DNA of 64,000 bases from Nitrosopumilus sp. Its GTDB lineage: Archaea; Thermoproteota; Nitrososphaeria; Nitrososphaerales; Nitrosopumilaceae. This document shows, in pieces, positions 41,488-53,261 of this stretch (its first letter is position 1; each line of letters starts with the position of its first letter). The notes below the pieces were generated by a model. The model was not told the DNA's origin, ran no database searches, and saw nothing but the letters and a program-made list of their open reading frames with translations. A program made the position numbers and the translations under genes. The stretch covers positions 480,001-544,000 of the forward strand of contig OZ242186.1 in the NCBI GenBank assembly GCA_965205675.1, in the 5' to 3' direction.

Positions 41488-42439
41488 AGTATCTGATTAC
41501 AAAACAGATGTTCACAATGATTGGTGTCCTGGTTGCGGTGATTTTGGAATTGTAAATGCTATTCAGATGGCTCTAGCTGAGATGGGAATAAAGCGAGATA
41601 AAGCCGCAATGTTTTCAGGCATTGGTTGTTCTGGCAAAACCTCTCATTATATCAACACTTATGGAGTTCACACTTTGCATGGCAGAGTCTTGACTTTTGC
41701 ACAAGGTGCAAAAATTGCAAATCCTGAGTTAACTGTAGTTGCTGTAGGTGGTGATGGTGATGGTTTGGGAATTGGAGCTGGTCATTTTGTTGCTGCTGGA
41801 AGAAGAAATGTGGATATGACTTACATTATTTTTGATAATGGTGTTTACGGTTTAACAAAAGGACAAGCATCTCCCACTTTGAAATTAGGAGAGAAAACAA
41901 AATCATTGCCTTCTCCTAACACAAATTCTAATGTTAACCCTATTGGGTTAGCTGTTGCAAGTGGATTCACATTTGTAGCTCGTGGGTATTCATATGATGT
42001 TAGACATCTTAAGGATTTGATTGTTCAAGCAGTAAATCACAAAGGTCTTTCATTTCTTGATGTGTTACAACCATGTCCAACTTACAATGATCTTAACACT
42101 AGGGATTGGTATGCTGGATCAGATTTAGTCGATGAGGCACAAAAACGACATGCTAGAATATACAAACTAGAAGACCATGGCTATGAACCAACAGTACATT
42201 ATGATTCTGAAGTTGAAGTAAATGAAAAACTATCTCAAGCTTTGATTAAATCCCTCGAGTGGGGAAATAAAATACCTACAGGCGTATTTTATAAAAATGA
42301 CCTTATCTCTCCTTATACTCAAAGAATAAAAGATAAAATTCCAAACTATTTAGAGAACTCGCCTGCCAAACAAAACATTTCAAAGAACGGACGTCCTAAT
42401 ACTGATATCTCAAAAATCTTAGATTCTTTAGAAGTATAG
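41477..42439 (+). CDS. korB: 2-oxoacid:ferredoxin oxidoreductase beta subunit
   Basis: [27 protein letters not shown]. Confidence 0.93.
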   Translation: MALKVSDYKTDVHNDWCPGCGDFGIVNAIQMALAEMGIKRDKAAMFSGIGCSGKTSHYINTYGVHTLHGRVLTFAQGAKIANPELTVVAVGGDGDGLGIGAGHFVAAGRRNVDMTYIIFDNGVYGLTKGQASPTLKLGEKTKSLPSPNTNSNVNPIGLAVASGFTFVARGYSYDVRHLKDLIVQAVNHKGLSFLDVLQPCPTYNDLNTRDWYAGSDLVDEAQKRHARIYKLEDHGYEPTVHYDSEVEVNEKLSQALIKSLEWGNKIPTGVFYKNDLISPYTQRIKDKIPNYLENSPAKQNISKNGRPNTDISKILDSLEV

Positions 42440-42512
42440 TTTGTTGTATTGAACATTAAATAGTCTACATTTCTATGAATTCATATTCACGAATATGCCC
42501 ATCGTAGATAGT

Positions 42513-42547
42513 CTGGTTATCTGAAAAGGTAGAGATTAGGCGTAAAA
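42513..42547. repeat. Dispersed intergenic motif, copy 2
   Basis: CTGGTTATCTGAAAAGGTAGAGATTAGGCGTAAAA. Confidence 0.55.
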
Positions 42548-42618
42548 GTCATAAATCTATCAAATAAAAAAAGCGAAACCATGAGATTAAATATCAGTTT
42601 GACATTTTTTTTTTAGGT

Positions 42619-44091
42619 TTGAAACAATTTTTCCTATTTTCAATTATTCCTTTATTATTTTTAGCATTGTTAATGCCTTCAATTGCATATGCACAAATTG
42701 AAGCTGGTGGTGTTGACAAGGAAGGTTCGTGGTTTGCAGGTGAAGGTCTCAAAAAAGGTGACTATTTTTCTTATTCAATGTGCCATGTAGATTACAAAGA
42801 ATGTGTTGAATTTGGAATGGATTTTTGGATAAAAGGGGACAAACAAGTTGGTTCTGAAAATAAATGGTTAGCAGAAGTTGTTGTTTATGATGGTAACAAA
42901 GTTATCAAAGGTGAGATGGAGCTAGGCAAAATTGCTCCTGAACCAACTGGTGGCAGTGAATTTCTGGGAGTGTATAGAGGCGCATTCAAATCTTCAATAG
43001 CATGGTTATCTGCTTTTGCAACTTCTGATGGAAGTTCTGGTGGCAAAGGTCCAAAGGACTTTTCTGCAGCATCTTGGGGAAAAATTGGTAATATTGGTGG
43101 TCAACAAGTAGTCCCGGTTATGATTGAAACTGTCACGGTTCCGGCTGGTACTTGGGAAACTGTTCAAGTGGGATGGAAGACTGGTGGTGCTATAAGCAAA
43201 GTTTGGATAGTTGATGATTTTCCATTTCCAGTAAAGGCACAAACATTCACACATGTTTCTGAAGGAATTCCTCCTCCAGAGTATGTTTTTTCATTATTAG
43301 AATATAAAGAAAATGTTTTACAGACTCCATTTGCAGATATTCCTGACTATGAAAATTTTTTTACAGAAGGTTGTAATTCAGGTATAGAAAAAGAAGTCAC
43401 AATAAAAAAACCTACAAATGATTTTGATTATCAACTTCATGTATTTTATGGTCCTGAAGACCCTGTTCAAGGTTGTGAAATAAAATTTTTAATTAAATTT
43501 CTTAATAAATTTGACGACACTGAATTTTTGAACCAAGTTCAATATGATCTTCTTGTTGTAGATGATGATCTAAAACCATTAAGATCAATTGCGCAAGAAG
43601 AAGGTAGGAATTTCCTTTATTCCCCATCAGGACAAGCTCTACTAGACATAACTGTTAAAGAAGAACCTGGTATTGCAAACTATGTAGTTTGGATTTATGG
43701 TCTATCTCCTGAATACATAGTTCCACCATCTGCATCTGATTATCTAAAAATCCCTGTTGAAATATTTGCCAGCGATGATTCAATATCTCCAGTTACAATC
43801 CCCGATCCCGTTACTACACAAGAAATTCCCTCTTGGATTAAGAGTAATGCAGGATGGTGGGCTGAAGGTGCAATAGATGATGATTCCTTTGTACAGGGCA
43901 TTCAATTTTTAATTAAAGAAGGAGTGATGAAAATCCCTCCTACTTCTCAAGGCACTTTTACTAGTAATGAAATTCCCTCTTGGATTAAGAGTAATGCAGG
44001 ATGGTGGGCTGAAGGTGCAATAGATGATGATTCCTTTGTACAGGGCATTCAATTTTTAATTAAAGAAGGTATTTTGAGTATAAGTTCCTAG
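42619..44091 (+). CDS. Secreted surface protein with two C-terminal IPSWIKSNAGWW repeats
   Basis: Signal peptide; tandem thaumarchaeal C-terminal domain. Confidence 0.8.
   Translation: MKQFFLFSIIPLLFLALLMPSIAYAQIEAGGVDKEGSWFAGEGLKKGDYFSYSMCHVDYKECVEFGMDFWIKGDKQVGSENKWLAEVVVYDGNKVIKGEMELGKIAPEPTGGSEFLGVYRGAFKSSIAWLSAFATSDGSSGGKGPKDFSAASWGKIGNIGGQQVVPVMIETVTVPAGTWETVQVGWKTGGAISKVWIVDDFPFPVKAQTFTHVSEGIPPPEYVFSLLEYKENVLQTPFADIPDYENFFTEGCNSGIEKEVTIKKPTNDFDYQLHVFYGPEDPVQGCEIKFLIKFLNKFDDTEFLNQVQYDLLVVDDDLKPLRSIAQEEGRNFLYSPSGQALLDITVKEEPGIANYVVWIYGLSPEYIVPPSASDYLKIPVEIFASDDSISPVTIPDPVTTQEIPSWIKSNAGWWAEGAIDDDSFVQGIQFLIKEGVMKIPPTSQGTFTSNEIPSWIKSNAGWWAEGAIDDDSFVQGIQFLIKEGILSISS
43822..44069 (+). repeat. 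Identical 101-bp direct repeat pair (period 147 bp)
   Basis: 43822-43922 matches 43969-44069 base for base. Confidence 0.92.
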
Positions 44092-44139
44092 TTTGTCTAC
44101 ATTCAAATTGTGATTATCTCTTGAAAATTTTGAAGTAAT

Positions 44140-44499
44140 ATGGTGGGTCTTTTCAATCATCCTAAACGTCGTATTAAGAAACTGCTTAAAGATGGTGAAT
44201 ATGATGAAGCTATATCATATGGAAAAAGTTTAGAATCTGAATATTTTGACGATCATGATTTTATGTTTATTTTAGGTAGTGCTTTTTTTATTGTAGATGA
44301 TGCAAAAAATGCATTACCTTATTTTGAAAAAGCATTCAGATTAGATAATGAAGATGTAGAAACTTTGACTCTAAAAACTAACGTTCATCTGGCATTAAAC
44401 CAAAAAGATGAGGCTATTGCTTGTTGCAAGTACATAATCAAACTTCAGCCAAAAAATACTGAAGCTTACACGCTACTTCAAGAACTTGAACGTATTTAG
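44140..44499 (+). CDS. TPR-repeat protein
   Basis: ALPYFEKA and AIACC..II.LQP.N TPR-like helices. Confidence 0.75.
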   Translation: MVGLFNHPKRRIKKLLKDGEYDEAISYGKSLESEYFDDHDFMFILGSAFFIVDDAKNALPYFEKAFRLDNEDVETLTLKTNVHLALNQKDEAIACCKYIIKLQPKNTEAYTLLQELERI

Positions 44500-44510
44500 T
44501 TTAGATGTTA

Positions 44511-44987
44511 TTATTTCTTTTTCATTTCATAAGCATTTTCTAGTAACCAATTACAAAATGCTGTGACTTTGTCATCAAAGTCAGTCCATATGTGTACTGA
44601 ATGTGGTAAAATATCTATTTTCCAATCATCTGTAAACACTCTGACTCCTTCTTTATTTTCATACATGTATGCATCTTCTGTTTTAACATTTCCTAACATT
44701 TCAATTGCTTTTTGTTTGATGATCTCTCTATCTATTGGAAATCTTTTTTTGTCATAATCTACAATTAAACTCAAATCTCTTTTACCATATTTTTCAAATT
44801 CATCAATTTTACCTTGCTTTGGAAAATTTACAATTAGTTTGATGTTGTATTTTTTTCCAACTTCTTTACCTATTTCGACAATCCGTGTATATGCCATTGC
44901 AGGATTTTTCTTTAAAAGGAATCTAATCTGTGCTAGATCTTTCTTTAACTGAGATTGTAAATCCGTGATAACCTCTGAAAATATCAT
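44511..44987 (-). CDS. Hypothetical protein
   Basis: 158 aa ORF with host-like codon use. Confidence 0.7.
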   Translation of the reverse strand: MIFSEVITDLQSQLKKDLAQIRFLLKKNPAMAYTRIVEIGKEVGKKYNIKLIVNFPKQGKIDEFEKYGKRDLSLIVDYDKKRFPIDREIIKQKAIEMLGNVKTEDAYMYENKEGVRVFTDDWKIDILPHSVHIWTDFDDKVTAFCNWLLENAYEMKKK

Positions 44988-45067
44988 ATTCTCCTCTCAG
45001 GAATTCCTATTATAACCATTAATTTCTATCAAGATTGGTTTTTTTAGAACTTGATATATTTGAGAAT

Positions 45068-45712
45068 ATGGCAATGCCTATGGATTATGATGGAATGAGA
45101 ACTGATGATGCCTCCCTAAGAACTGACAATGTTGATGACTACAAACGAACTTGTATTGATTTTATTGAAGATATTTCTCATGACTATGAGGCTTGGGTTG
45201 ATTACTACAAGCTACCTGAAGATGAAGATAAAAGAAGACGTGCAGGTATTTGTGCCACTATTATTAGAACCAATGATTGGATAGCCAAGGTTGCACAATC
45301 TATCAAGGCAGTTGATGTAGTTATGAATGACGGAATTCAGAAAATGGCAGAAGCTACTGCAGGTAAACCTCTTCAAATTGGTGTCTTTGTTAATCATAAA
45401 TCTGGTTATGCTGAAACCAATCCTGGAATTATTGATGTGAATGTAAAAGGAGTTGGAAGGAAAGGACGAAAGATAAAGCTTGGTTTTCATTTTAAAGATG
45501 ATCGATTTAGAATTGAATCTACATGTGATGCTTATCTATCTGAAGAAAATTTGCCTACGCAAGAGTCTGAAAACTTGGATATTCATCTTAAACTTTATGC
45601 AGAATATGCAAAACCTCGTGATATAATATCATTCACTGTGACTCTTAGTGAAATTGAAAATGATGTTGAGTTTGATAGACGAGGAGTTTCAACTATTATT
45701 CACTTGGTCTAG
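45068..45712 (+). CDS. Hypothetical protein
   Basis: About 214 aa, acidic; ATG at 45068. Confidence 0.7.
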   Translation: MAMPMDYDGMRTDDASLRTDNVDDYKRTCIDFIEDISHDYEAWVDYYKLPEDEDKRRRAGICATIIRTNDWIAKVAQSIKAVDVVMNDGIQKMAEATAGKPLQIGVFVNHKSGYAETNPGIIDVNVKGVGRKGRKIKLGFHFKDDRFRIESTCDAYLSEENLPTQESENLDIHLKLYAEYAKPRDIISFTVTLSEIENDVEFDRRGVSTIIHLV

Positions 45713-47924
45713 ATTCAGGAATCATTCCTTCATCTATATAATCTATAAATTTTCCAGTGCTTCCAAGTTTTATCGAATTAATTTTTTGTAAATTATCCAA
45801 AGAATTCATCTTCAAATATTTTTCAGATACTGTATACAAGACATCATCAATATAGAATGTTCTTGCATTACTCATTCCGTAGTAACGTGAATCCTCAAGT
45901 GAATGAGTTATAGTTCCTTTAAGATTGAATCCTAAATTATCTAAATCAAATACATAGAATCCACTCCAGCGATTATAATCTTCTGCAATCATCTTGGAAC
46001 TTGAAATTTCATTAAGAATCTCACTATCCTGACTAATTGGAACTGATAACACTCCACTTTTTTTATCAAAGAAGAATGCTTTGTGGTTACGTGTTGCTTC
46101 TGAATAAGTTGAACTATCTCCAATTATGATGTCATCTGCAACTTTGGGGTTATTTACATCTGCTACATTAAACAAGGCAATTTTGATTCCTAATTGCTGA
46201 ACTCTACCATTTTCAATTTCTTTTGTATCTCTTCCAAATCCAATTACGTGTTCTTCATCATATGGATGCAAATAATTTGAAAACCCTGGAATTTTTAATT
46301 CTCCTAGAATTTTTGGTTTATCTGAAGACAAATCGATCACAAAGAAAGGATCAACTTGTTGGAATGTAACCAAGTATAGCCTATCTCCCATGAATCGTGC
46401 TGAGAAGATACTCTCATCTGGAGCAATCTCTTCTAATTCTCCTACAATGTTTAGTTGTTCGTCTAAAACATAGACTGCATTTGAACGGACTGTCCCTTGA
46501 TGTTGAATGTAGTATTCTGTAGTTGTAGCTACTCTAAATCTATCTCCGCTTTCATCCATGGAGAATTGATTTAGTAATCTGCCTGGAACTGAACCTTTAG
46601 CGACATAGTCAATTTTATCCTCATCAATTGAAATTTTATGAATTATTGTTTTTCTGGTATCTTCCTGGTTTTTCATATCGTATTCATTTAGTGCTTCTTT
46701 GATTTTTTCAAATAATTTTTCTTTGTCGTTTTTGTCCATCTGATTGTATGCCTTTTGCATCAATTCTGAAATCTTTATCCATTGCGATGTGAGACTCGTT
46801 GAAGAATCTTTTCGAATTTCTTTAATCTGTTCTTGAATGTTATTTGGCAGTAATGGTACTACAACATCAAAGAATCTGTCTTTTGATGAATTTTCATAAA
46901 ATTCAAATGGCGTATTTTGTCGGTATGTAAGATAAAAATTATCTTCAGATACATAGAATGTACCAGAGTATCCCATTAGAAATGACTCTGAATTTATTGT
47001 ATCTCCAAAAATATCAATTGCAGTTAGTGTGTTAAAGTTTGAAAACTGTTCTAAATTATCAAAGTAAAATGCATCTGGCGTCATAATTCTTACTGAATTT
47101 TCCATTATCACTGGAAGTCTTGGATATTGATAATCCACATTACTATTTGTTACAAAGTATGCATAATTCCCAATCATTCGTGCGTCCATGAAACGACCGT
47201 CTATGGAATAATCTTTTAGAATTGTAGGGCGTTCCTTATCTGATACATCTACAATTAACGCATGTGTGACTGGACTATATGATCGTCGTGGAACAAAGTC
47301 GTACTGTGGAATTATTTCATCATCGCTTTGCCCATTGTAAAATATCACTAGTCTGTCATCATTTAGAAACATGTTCCGAATGTATTGTGACTCTATGTCT
47401 AATGCGATCTTTAAAACCAATTCTGCTTCTTCTGCAGGATATGCGTCAATAATTGAGAGTGTATTTTCTGATACAATGTAAACATATTCTGAATCATTTT
47501 TGAGATAATCTGGCTCATCTACATTTTTAACTTGAACATTTGTAGTTGAATAGTCAGATCCTCCTGATTCTAATTTAGCATCATTAAGTATGGGTGCTGA
47601 TATTGTTGTTGCCATGTCCACTGAAACCTCTTCAGAAAATGCAAAACGTGCTGTTTTGCTGTTTATGCCTTGTAGGTTATAGAAATTTTCTCCAAATAAT
47701 GATGAAGTTTCAAGTATATTTTTTAGTTCTTCTTGTGATGCTATTTTTTTAACATTATTAGTTCCTTTGAAAAATTCTGAATTTGTTTTATCTACATAGA
47801 CAGTTTCAGTTGTAGGATGTTGTACAATTTGTGGTTGATCGTACCCCTCAAATGAAAGCATTATTCCTACTGTGACCATAACTGAAATGGCGATTACTAT
47901 TGGTATTGTTATTTTTGAATTCAT
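45696..47924 (-). CDS. Secreted beta-propeller domain protein
   Basis: YSTTNVQVKNVDEPD, LLNQFSMDE, FQQVDPFFVIDLS, LKIPGFSNYLHP. Confidence 0.88.
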   Translation of the reverse strand: MNSKITIPIVIAISVMVTVGIMLSFEGYDQPQIVQHPTTETVYVDKTNSEFFKGTNNVKKIASQEELKNILETSSLFGENFYNLQGINSKTARFAFSEEVSVDMATTISAPILNDAKLESGGSDYSTTNVQVKNVDEPDYLKNDSEYVYIVSENTLSIIDAYPAEEAELVLKIALDIESQYIRNMFLNDDRLVIFYNGQSDDEIIPQYDFVPRRSYSPVTHALIVDVSDKERPTILKDYSIDGRFMDARMIGNYAYFVTNSNVDYQYPRLPVIMENSVRIMTPDAFYFDNLEQFSNFNTLTAIDIFGDTINSESFLMGYSGTFYVSEDNFYLTYRQNTPFEFYENSSKDRFFDVVVPLLPNNIQEQIKEIRKDSSTSLTSQWIKISELMQKAYNQMDKNDKEKLFEKIKEALNEYDMKNQEDTRKTIIHKISIDEDKIDYVAKGSVPGRLLNQFSMDESGDRFRVATTTEYYIQHQGTVRSNAVYVLDEQLNIVGELEEIAPDESIFSARFMGDRLYLVTFQQVDPFFVIDLSSDKPKILGELKIPGFSNYLHPYDEEHVIGFGRDTKEIENGRVQQLGIKIALFNVADVNNPKVADDIIIGDSSTYSEATRNHKAFFFDKKSGVLSVPISQDSEILNEISSSKMIAEDYNRWSGFYVFDLDNLGFNLKGTITHSLEDSRYYGMSNARTFYIDDVLYTVSEKYLKMNSLDNLQKINSIKLGSTGKFIDYIDEGMIPESRPSE

Positions 47925-48017
47925 ATTTCTCTTTTATCTTTTCCCAGAAATTCATTTTTTGAAAACTAGCATTTAATGATTACTATTACTTTGTAGTTTT
48001 ATCTTTTCTGGACACTA

Positions 48018-48140
48018 TTCTATTATTCTGAAATTAGTTTACGCCATCATTTCCAGATTAAAGTCAAGATACGTTTGGAAAAGAGGAGAGAATCCTAGAA
48101 TTATGCAAAAGCTAATCCCAATCCAAATATCATAGATGCC
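48018..48140 (+). repeat. IS481-like left-end relic
   Basis: Homologous to 51244-51360; 48049-48087 is identical to 51275-51313 (39 bp). Confidence 0.7.
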
Positions 48141-48158
48141 ACAAATTTTAGGCAAAGA

Positions 48159-48806
48159 TTACCATGTAACATGCACCAAATCTTTGAGATTTCGTCTCGG
48201 TTTAGGGAATTTTGTTTGTTCTGGATAGCCAATACAGAGTATGGATGAGGGGACTAAATCCGTGGTAATTACATCCATTACTTTTTGTTCATCAAACATT
48301 CCAATCCAAATCGAACTTAATCCCAGAGCCTGAGCTGCCAGCTGTGAATATCCTGCTGCAAGAGTAGCATCCTGAATTGCGAATTTTTTAAGTATGTAAT
48401 CAGAAAAATTAAATTTGACTCTAGAAGGGTTTTTACAAAAAACAAGTACGACGGGAGCATCAACATAGGATTGTTTGTTACAAGCTTCAACTAGAAGTTT
48501 TTTCTTTTCAGGACTTTTGATATAAAAAATTTCAAAGCCTTGAAAGTTGCCAGCAGTAGGAGCAGTGTCAGCTGCTGCAATTATTTTATCTATTTTAGTA
48601 GTTTCAACAGGCTTATCAGAAAATTTTCTAGTAGAACGTCTCTTTGCCATTACTGCAAACAAGTCAGTATCAACAATCTCCGTGGGACCTGATTTTAAGA
48701 TAAAATCAAGTAATTGATTTCGGACATCATTATCCGCAGTAGCAGGAGTTTCTTGAGGTTCATAGCCTAAAGGATAAATTTTCTCCCCTTCATTTTCAGA
48801 GACCAT
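48159..48806 (-). CDS. Nitroreductase family protein
   Basis: RRSTRKF, APTAGNFQ, LGLSSIWIG, IGYP. Confidence 0.9.
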   Translation of the reverse strand: MVSENEGEKIYPLGYEPQETPATADNDVRNQLLDFILKSGPTEIVDTDLFAVMAKRRSTRKFSDKPVETTKIDKIIAAADTAPTAGNFQGFEIFYIKSPEKKKLLVEACNKQSYVDAPVVLVFCKNPSRVKFNFSDYILKKFAIQDATLAAGYSQLAAQALGLSSIWIGMFDEQKVMDVITTDLVPSSILCIGYPEQTKFPKPRRNLKDLVHVTW

Positions 48807-48870
48807 AAGAAATTACAGGAAATAACCTATTAAAGAATTGTAAAAATATCCCACGAGACATCAAGAATAG

Positions 48871-49068
48871 TTATTCTGGTTCAAATTTGTCACAGCCAGA
48901 AGTACAAGGTTTATTCATCACACCCTCACATGTACCTATTTCATTATGCATTATTCGATGATGACCACAAATTTTACATTTTTCTCTAAAATAAGAAATC
49001 AAATCAGCTGTTGAAATATCCGAATTTTGAATTTTTGATTCAATTTCTTGAGTCATGATGACTTTCAT
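48871..49068 (-). CDS. Small Cys/His-rich hypothetical protein
   Basis: CKICGH...H...C...C..GC. Confidence 0.5.
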   Translation of the reverse strand: MKVIMTQEIESKIQNSDISTADLISYFREKCKICGHHRIMHNEIGTCEGVMNKPCTSGCDKFEPE

Positions 49069-49281
49069 TAATCAAGTTAGTTTAAACATTTTGAATAATG
49101 TATAATACAACAAACGATAAGATTAGAGCATTGAAAATAATAAAATGGATTAACAAAATGAGTCATCGTAAATTTTATCTCATATTTGGACCGTCATGTA
49201 TTATTGCATTTTATCTATTATTCACAAATTGTTATCAATTATACGGCGAACATTGTTTTTACATTCCATAAAATGACAAAG

Positions 49282-49363
49282 CGCCGAGAGAGGGATTCGA
49301 ACCCCCGTACGCTTGCGCGTAGCCGTTTTCGAGACGGCCGCCGTACTACTTGGCTATCTCGGC
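49282..49363 (-). tRNA. tRNA-Ser(CGA)
   Basis: GCCGAGA/TCTCGGC acceptor, GCCGT-CTCGAAA-ACGGC anticodon arm, long variable arm, GTTCGAATC, discriminator G. Confidence 0.95.
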
Positions 49364-49406
49364 ATCTACTCTGACATATTCTCCATAATAAAGCGAGTTG
49401 GTATGT

Positions 49407-49673
49407 TCAAATTTTATCAATATCAAATAATTCATCTTTGAATTTCTTTTTGATTTGATCTTTGGTTCTAGTCCATTCCTCATCAGTAACCATATCAGTA
49501 AAAATCGAATGAAATCCATCAAAAGTAGAATCATTCAATACTGAAATAATTTCTTGTTTTTCAAATTCTGTAAGAGGGAAATAAGAAATAATTTTTAAAA
49601 TGGAACCATCAGTTCCGTGACGAATTTCAAATATTTTATCCTGTAAAGACCAATGGAATTTTTGTGTAGGCAT
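49407..49673 (-). CDS. Hypothetical protein
   Basis: 88 aa ORF divergent from fen. Confidence 0.6.
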   Translation of the reverse strand: MPTQKFHWSLQDKIFEIRHGTDGSILKIISYFPLTEFEKQEIISVLNDSTFDGFHSIFTDMVTDEEWTRTKDQIKKKFKDELFDIDKI

Positions 49674-49784
49674 ACTAACTTTGAGTCTATTTACATATTA
49701 AAATTGATTTTTAAAAAATACAATTTAAATGCCGATCAAAAATAAAGGATAAACACAAAATACCTGAAAAGAATAGAAGACATT

Positions 49785-50804
49785 ATGGGATTAAATCTAA
49801 AAGAGATAGTAGTAAGAGAGAAAACAACTCTAGAGACATTTTCAAACAAGGTGGTTGCAATAGATGCATATAATGCAATTTATCAATTTTTGGCAAGTAT
49901 TAGAGGGCCCGATGGATTACAATTAACAGATTCAGAAGGGAGAATTACTAGTCATCTTAGCGGATTACTCTACAGAAATGTGAATTTTCTCTCATTAGGA
50001 ATTAAACCCGTTTATGTTTTTGATGGCAAACCTCCGTCATTGAAAATAGCAGAAATTGAACGCAGAAAACAAATCAAAAAAGATGCCACTATAAAATATG
50101 AAAAAGCAATTGCGGAGGGAAATATGGAAGATGCTAAAAAATATGCTCAACAAACAACTAGTATGAAAGATGGGATGGTCAAAGAATCAAAACAATTTCT
50201 CACATTATTTGGAATTCCATATGTTGAAGCACCGTCAGAAGGAGAAGCAACTGCAGCACATCTAACAAACACAGGACAAGCATATGCTTCAGCAAGCCAA
50301 GATTATGACTCCATATTATGTGGAGCAAAGAAACTAGTTAGGAATTTTACAAGTAGTGGAAGAAGAAAAATCCCAAATAAGAATACATACATTGATGTAG
50401 TTCCAGAAATTATCGAAACTCAAAAAACATTAGAATCAATTCAAATGACAAGAGAAGAATTAATTGATGTGGGAATCTTAATCGGCACTGATTTTAACCC
50501 AAATGGCTTTGAAAGAATCGGCCCAAAAACTGCAATGAAATTAATTAAACAACACTCAAGATTAGAAGATATCCCACAAATTCAGGAACAATTAGAAGAG
50601 ATAGATTTTCAACAAATAAGACAAATATTTCTAACTCCAAAAGTTGCAGATGTAGATGAAATTGTATTCACTAAAGTAGATGATGAAGGAATCATGACTT
50701 ATCTTAAAGAAAGAAGTTTTTCAGAAGACAGAATTCAATCAACATTAAACAGATTGAAAAAAGCATTAGAGAAAAAGAGTCAAAATCTCGATCAATGGTT
50801 TTAG
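49785..50804 (+). CDS. fen: Flap endonuclease 1
   Basis: [38 protein letters not shown]. Confidence 0.96.
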   Translation: MGLNLKEIVVREKTTLETFSNKVVAIDAYNAIYQFLASIRGPDGLQLTDSEGRITSHLSGLLYRNVNFLSLGIKPVYVFDGKPPSLKIAEIERRKQIKKDATIKYEKAIAEGNMEDAKKYAQQTTSMKDGMVKESKQFLTLFGIPYVEAPSEGEATAAHLTNTGQAYASASQDYDSILCGAKKLVRNFTSSGRRKIPNKNTYIDVVPEIIETQKTLESIQMTREELIDVGILIGTDFNPNGFERIGPKTAMKLIKQHSRLEDIPQIQEQLEEIDFQQIRQIFLTPKVADVDEIVFTKVDDEGIMTYLKERSFSEDRIQSTLNRLKKALEKKSQNLDQWF

Positions 50805-51243
50805 CTAACAAATTTATCTTTCATACTTTAGTTCTTGACTAATTTTGGGATCCAGCAATATTATAAAATTCTAAAAAAATTTAATTAAAAAAAATGATAT
50901 GAAAATTAGATTACAGTAGGCAAATATCTATCCGTGACTTGATCAAAGTGCACTCTAAGGTTGGATCGATAAGTAAATTTGGAGAGAGATAAATGATATT
51001 TTGAGATCTTACAAGTTTGCGTGGATGTCTAATGGTAAGAATACTGTTAGTTGAGGATGAATTCATAATCTTTTCTTATTTTACAATAACACCATAATTT
51101 ATGAAAGAGAAGATCATTGACAAACATCTATATCTAATATTGAAGAAAGATTTGATGAACTAGTACTTTATTTTGAATTTAAAAAATCCTTTAAGAGTAA
51201 CGGTATTTAATTTGAAGACAACTGTTTTTTTAATCAACATTCT

Positions 51244-51949
51244 TTCTATTATCCTCAAATTAGTCCATTCAATTATTTCCAGATTAAAGTCAAGATACGT
51301 TTGGAAAAGAGGAAAGAACTCCAGTCATGCAAAAGCTAATTCTAATCCAAATATCATGGATAATCAAATCAAAGGAGAGGATATGGGAGGACATATTCTA
51401 ACTACATGTGTGGCACAGGGACTGGAAATTATTAGATGATGACAAGGTGGTTTTTGTGTTATCATGATGTGCATCAAGATTTATTATTCATCATGGAATA
51501 TTTGCAGAGACAATAACAGAGTGTCACAGTTTTGAGCAGTCATAAAGTATGGCAAACCTACATCTATCTTAACTGATCAGGATTTCCCAGTTTTATGCAA
51601 ACCAATCAGAATACAAAAGAAAAGAAATATTCCAGTTTGAGCAGGAACTGGTAAAATTGGAGATAAAACAATCCTTGCAAGAGTAAATCTCCCTTGAAAC
51701 AAATGGAAAACTGGTGTGATTCTACGGTGAGATTCAGAGAAAGCAAAAATGGTCTGACACCCTAGGTGAGTTGGTTCACTGATACAACTACATAAATCCA
51801 CACATGTTCCTTGACTGGGAATAATCTGGAGATGCCTGTAAAGGCATATGTGAGAACGATGTCCGAGAAAGGAACAAGAATTATGGATGAACAAACAGGA
51901 AAGGAATATGGTATAGGATGGGGAAGAATTAATTTTGGGATGCCGCACA
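51244..51949 (+). mobile_element. Decayed, internally deleted IS481-family element
   Basis: Frame-broken fragments WHxDWK, ASRF, YGKPTSILTD, KAYVRTM..DEQTG; right end resembles 11294 and 2444. Confidence 0.75.
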
Positions 51950-51995
51950 AGTGAGAATCATCGCATATATTTAAAAGGCAATAACTCAATATACA

Positions 51996-52283
51996 TTGAA
52001 TAGTATAATGGATTTGCAAAACATGAGAGATGAGATTGATGATATCAATGAAGAGATAATTTCTTCAATCACAAAAAGAATCAACATTGCAAAAAAAATT
52101 GCCCATTACAAACAAGAGAATGAGATTCCTATAATAGACAAACAAAGAGAGGACTGTATCATATCCTTTTTTGAAAAAGAATTTATCAATCGTGGGATGA
52201 AATTAGAAACGGGAAGAATACTGGCAAGAGCTCTCATAGATGCTGCCATTGAAGAGGAAAGGCATCTTATCAATAGAAAATGA
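51996..52283 (+). CDS. Stand-alone chorismate mutase (AroQ/CM_2)
   Basis: LQNMRDEIDDINEEI...KR...IAHYK...PIIDKQRE. Confidence 0.8.
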   Translation: MNSIMDLQNMRDEIDDINEEIISSITKRINIAKKIAHYKQENEIPIIDKQREDCIISFFEKEFINRGMKLETGRILARALIDAAIEEERHLINRK

Positions 52284-52369
52284 TTCTAGAAATACAAAAA
52301 TGACTCAGAAACTTCTACAAGAAAACCCCAAACCATACATTTATGAATAATTATACAAAAAACTAGACA

Positions 52370-53188
52370 GTGGAAAAGATAAAAGAAAATCCTATCACAT
52401 ATTCGCTAAAAGAGGTTCCAATAGATGCAGTAACAGTATGGGAGGAGGCTCAAGCAAGAACCCTGAATTACACTGACATTGACTCTCTTGCACGCTCAAT
52501 CAAAGAGGAAGGATTACAAAATCCTCCAATGGTACAAAGAGATGGTACAAACTCTTATCTCTTAATGTCCGGACAGAGAAGGCTTGCAGCATTAAAGAAA
52601 CTTGGCTCCAAAACTATTCCAGTGCTTGTACTCTCCAAGAACAGCTCTTGTGATATAGAGGATGCAAAGGCAGCATCCATCATCGAGAACATTCACAGAC
52701 AGGACATGAGTACATCTGAGATGATATCCTCATGTCAGTTCCTAGTACAAAAGATGGGAAAGTCAGAGACTGCCAAAATGCTGGGAATACAACGACAGAC
52801 ACTAAACGAGTATCTCGGATTTGGCGCAGTGCCTGAGAGTGTCAAAGAGATGGTGCCAAAAGTACTATCCAAAAGAGATGCAATTAAAATCTGTAAAATT
52901 ATTACCACGTCCTCAAAAGCAGTTGAGATTATTAACAGTATCTCAAAGTATGACCGTTCTCAAAAGAAAAGATATCTTGATGCGCTCCAATCACTTGGCA
53001 ATACTGCAACACATTCAGAGATTCTAAAGTTGGCAAATTCTTTTAGAGCACGACAGAATCTATCTGTGAAACTATCAAAGAGCCATGCTCGGGGACTATC
53101 CAAAATATCCAAAGAGAACAACCTAGAACCTGCAGAATTTGCACAGAAAATAGTTGCAGATTATTTGAGTAGAAAGGGTTTCAAATAA
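52370..53188 (+). CDS. ParB/Spo0J-like protein
   Basis: LARSIKEEGLQNP, SGQRRLAA, IIENIHR, HTH. Confidence 0.85.
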   Translation: MEKIKENPITYSLKEVPIDAVTVWEEAQARTLNYTDIDSLARSIKEEGLQNPPMVQRDGTNSYLLMSGQRRLAALKKLGSKTIPVLVLSKNSSCDIEDAKAASIIENIHRQDMSTSEMISSCQFLVQKMGKSETAKMLGIQRQTLNEYLGFGAVPESVKEMVPKVLSKRDAIKICKIITTSSKAVEIINSISKYDRSQKKRYLDALQSLGNTATHSEILKLANSFRARQNLSVKLSKSHARGLSKISKENNLEPAEFAQKIVADYLSRKGFK

Positions 53189-53261
53189 TGATCTTGTATT
53201 TTAAAATATTTCAAACCCAGTTTTAAAACTCTTAATATTATACTCAGAGAAAAATGCACAA

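Noticed and set aside
42495-42550. tRNA 5'-like sequence GCCCATCGTAGATAGTCTGGTTAT
   Set aside because: No anticodon arm, T arm or complementary acceptor strand follows.
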